64,000 nucleotides of DNA, taken from Pseudomonadota bacterium. Its GTDB lineage: Bacteria > Pseudomonadota > Gammaproteobacteria > Burkholderiales > Methylophilaceae. Position numbers and translations under genes: made by a program. This document shows positions 62,058 to 64,000 of this stretch, in pieces. How positions within the stretch are numbered: the stretch's first letter is position 1; each line of letters opens with the position of its first letter. The notes beneath the pieces were generated by a model. That model made no database searches. It had not been told where the DNA came from and saw only the letters and a program-made list of their open reading frames with translations. Location: assembly GCA_020053735.1 (NCBI GenBank), contig JAGVMP010000015.1:12708-76707 (forward strand), given 5' to 3'.

Positions 62058-62444
62058 ATGAAATCTCTTTACAAAAGGAGTTTTAAAATTATGAATCAAA
62101 AGTTCATCAGCAATGTTTTTACTAGCACCTTACTGATTGGCGGCTTAGTTGTCTCTAGCTTACAGGCCAATGCAGCAGGTTTTCATGAAGGTTTAAACAA
62201 CAATGGCAAAACTATTTCATCTGCCAAATTTTACGAAGTGTTAGCCAAAACTAAAATGGATCATTTAGGCTACAATTTTGGTAAACCTGATGAAATACAA
62301 ACACTTAAAGACATTTCAGGCGCTAGCGTAGGTTCTGTTTGGGTGTATCGTGATGCCGTACAAAAAGATAACAGCAAGCAAGATGCTCACTTTGTGATTA
62401 TTGATGGCAAATTGCAATACGCCACTTTGTCTAACGCGTCATAA
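62058..62444 (+). CDS. Small secreted protein
   Basis: Signal peptide ending 'ANA'; 'FGKPD..VWVY' recalls a BamE/BLIP-like fold (weak). Confidence 0.65.
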   Translation: MKSLYKRSFKIMNQKFISNVFTSTLLIGGLVVSSLQANAAGFHEGLNNNGKTISSAKFYEVLAKTKMDHLGYNFGKPDEIQTLKDISGASVGSVWVYRDAVQKDNSKQDAHFVIIDGKLQYATLSNAS

Positions 62445-62487
62445 ATGTTCAATTAATCATTGTTAGGTAATAAATAACCTATCCCAG

Positions 62488-62514
62488 AACAGCCTGCATA
62501 TGTAGGCTGTTTTT
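62488..62514 (+). terminator. Terminator after the secreted-protein gene
   Basis: aacagcct/aggctgtt plus T-run. Confidence 0.75.
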
Positions 62515-62574
62515 GTTTGTGTCAGTTGAAAGTTACATTTGCATGAAAAATGTGACAGGAACACTAAATAAAAT

Positions 62575-62677
62575 ATGCCCTACAAGGCAATATCCATGCG
62601 GGTTTCAGAGCATATATTTTGGCGTATGAATAATGTGCATTTGCACATATATTCTACGGACAAGACCCTTGCGGTCT
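62575..62677. repeat. Family A long-form variant
   Basis: atgccctacaaggcaatatccatgcgggtttcagagcat plus module 2 with atgtgca/tgcacat stem. Confidence 0.85.
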
Positions 62678-62946
62678 TATGTTTCAATTAAACTATTTTG
62701 AATCGCAATTAACTCTGCATTTGCATCACTAAAGTCTTCATATTTTTTGCCGTTTGTTCTAGCATACCAATACTTACTGTTCCACGCATCACCTTCAATT
62801 TTATGTAATACCGCGTGTATCCAATTGGCCATTGGGTCTGAGTAATCTTGCGCAATATTGTGCGACTTGTCCCAATCCCCCTCCAGCGCGACCTGTACTG
62901 CAATTAATAATGCTGGCTTATTCATTCTCTGACTCAAAATAGCCAA
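62677..62946 (-). CDS. Conserved hypothetical protein
   Basis: 'GDWDKSH', 'WIHAVLHKIEGD.WN..YWY'. Confidence 0.65.
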   Translation of the reverse strand: MAILSQRMNKPALLIAVQVALEGDWDKSHNIAQDYSDPMANWIHAVLHKIEGDAWNSKYWYARTNGKKYEDFSDANAELIAIQNSLIET

Positions 62947-63169
62947 GTTTTTTACTTCTTGGTAGTGCTTTTAATTGCGCCTCGGCAACACTCGCGGTGG
63001 ATCTGTCTACATATAATTTTGAAGCAATGATTTTGATGGGTGGGTTGGCGCGGGTATAACGTGCGCCTTTACCAGACGAATGTGCGGCGAACCGCGCAGG
63101 CAAATCATTGGTAATGCCTGTGTAATAGGCGCCGTTATTACACTCTAGCAAGTATAAAACCCAAGACAT
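62918..63169 (-). CDS. GIY-YIG nuclease family protein (UPF0213-like)
   Basis: 'VLYLLEC...YYTGITNDL..RF..H..GKGARYT', 'AEAQLK'. Confidence 0.88.
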   Translation of the reverse strand: MSWVLYLLECNNGAYYTGITNDLPARFAAHSSGKGARYTRANPPIKIIASKLYVDRSTASVAEAQLKALPRSKKLGYFESENE

Positions 63170-63235
63170 ATTGTCAGATTAACTTAGGCTATATCAAAAT
63201 TTCATCAGCACAAATGAGAGCACGGGATAAAGTGC

Positions 63236-63310
63236 AAGGCGCAAGGCGCGCAGAAACCGGAATGTATGGGGTATACATGAGGATTGCGAGCACCGCGTAA
63301 CGTAGCAATT
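63236..63310 (+). repeat. Family B repeat
   Basis: aaggcgc x2..ggaatgtat..atacatgaggattgcgagcaccgcgtaacg. Confidence 0.8.
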
Positions 63311-63321
63311 TGCCCACGCCA

Positions 63322-63723
63322 TCATTTGGGGTATGAAATGCTACCTTTTTGGATAAACTCAATCTTATAACCATCTGGGTCTTCTACAAACGCAATAATA
63401 ATGGTGCCGTGTTTCATCGGCCCAGCTTCACGCACCACTTTGCCACCTTTGGCTTTTACCTCATCGCATGCGGCATAAGCATCATCCACCTCAAGCGCCA
63501 TGTGCCCATAGGCACCACCCATCTCGTAACTGGTTTTGCCGTAGTTATAGGTAAGCTCTAACACGGTATTGTCATACTCATTACCATAGCCCACAAAAGC
63601 CAGCGTAAATTCGCCGTCAGGGTAGTCGTGCTGCCGAATCAGCTTCATGCCGAGCACTTCGGTATAAAAGGCAATTGAGCGGTCTAAATCACCAACACGC
63701 AACATGGTGTGTAAAATTCTCAT
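63322..63723 (-). CDS. gloA: Lactoylglutathione lyase (glyoxalase I)
   Basis: '[15 protein letters not shown]', 'LELTYN', 'DPDGYKIE'; start MRIL (63723). Confidence 0.95.
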   Translation of the reverse strand: MRILHTMLRVGDLDRSIAFYTEVLGMKLIRQHDYPDGEFTLAFVGYGNEYDNTVLELTYNYGKTSYEMGGAYGHMALEVDDAYAACDEVKAKGGKVVREAGPMKHGTIIIAFVEDPDGYKIEFIQKGSISYPK

Positions 63724-63727
63724 TTTT

Positions 63728-64000
<273 letters not shown>

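Noticed and set aside
64-62677. Family A repeats as a CRISPR array
   Set aside because: Copies are dispersed, in both orientations, without regular unique spacers; no cas genes

Overview
A core-genome segment of a betaproteobacterium, most consistent with Methylophilaceae (Methylotenera-like); this is inferred from gene order, protein similarity as I recall it, and the edd/eda pair. Housekeeping blocks are glmM-folP-ftsH-rlmE/yhbY, greA-carB-carA, dapB-bamE/fur, recN-nadK-hrcA-hemH and grpE-dnaK-dnaJ. A ~26 kb LPS core/lipid A modification cluster (28.4-54.6 kb) sits between hemH and grpE and contains edd-eda. Small accessory genes lie next to glmM, before recN and after dnaJ. I see no rRNA, tRNA, CRISPR array, integrase or transposase. 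The most striking signal is a dense set of at least four families of short palindromic repeats, here named A, B, C (CGTC-REP-like) and D. They are modular, nest inside each other's loops and show stem covariation. Family A also lies in frame inside up to six conserved genes (folP, hrcA, waaF, UDP-GlcA epimerase, an LPS kinase, probably waaC), where it now encodes peptides such as NIHA and AAWIL, much like Rickettsia palindromic elements. A second candidate novelty is a zinc deaminase fused to an unknown domain and translationally coupled to glmM. All alignments were done by eye and no database searches were run.
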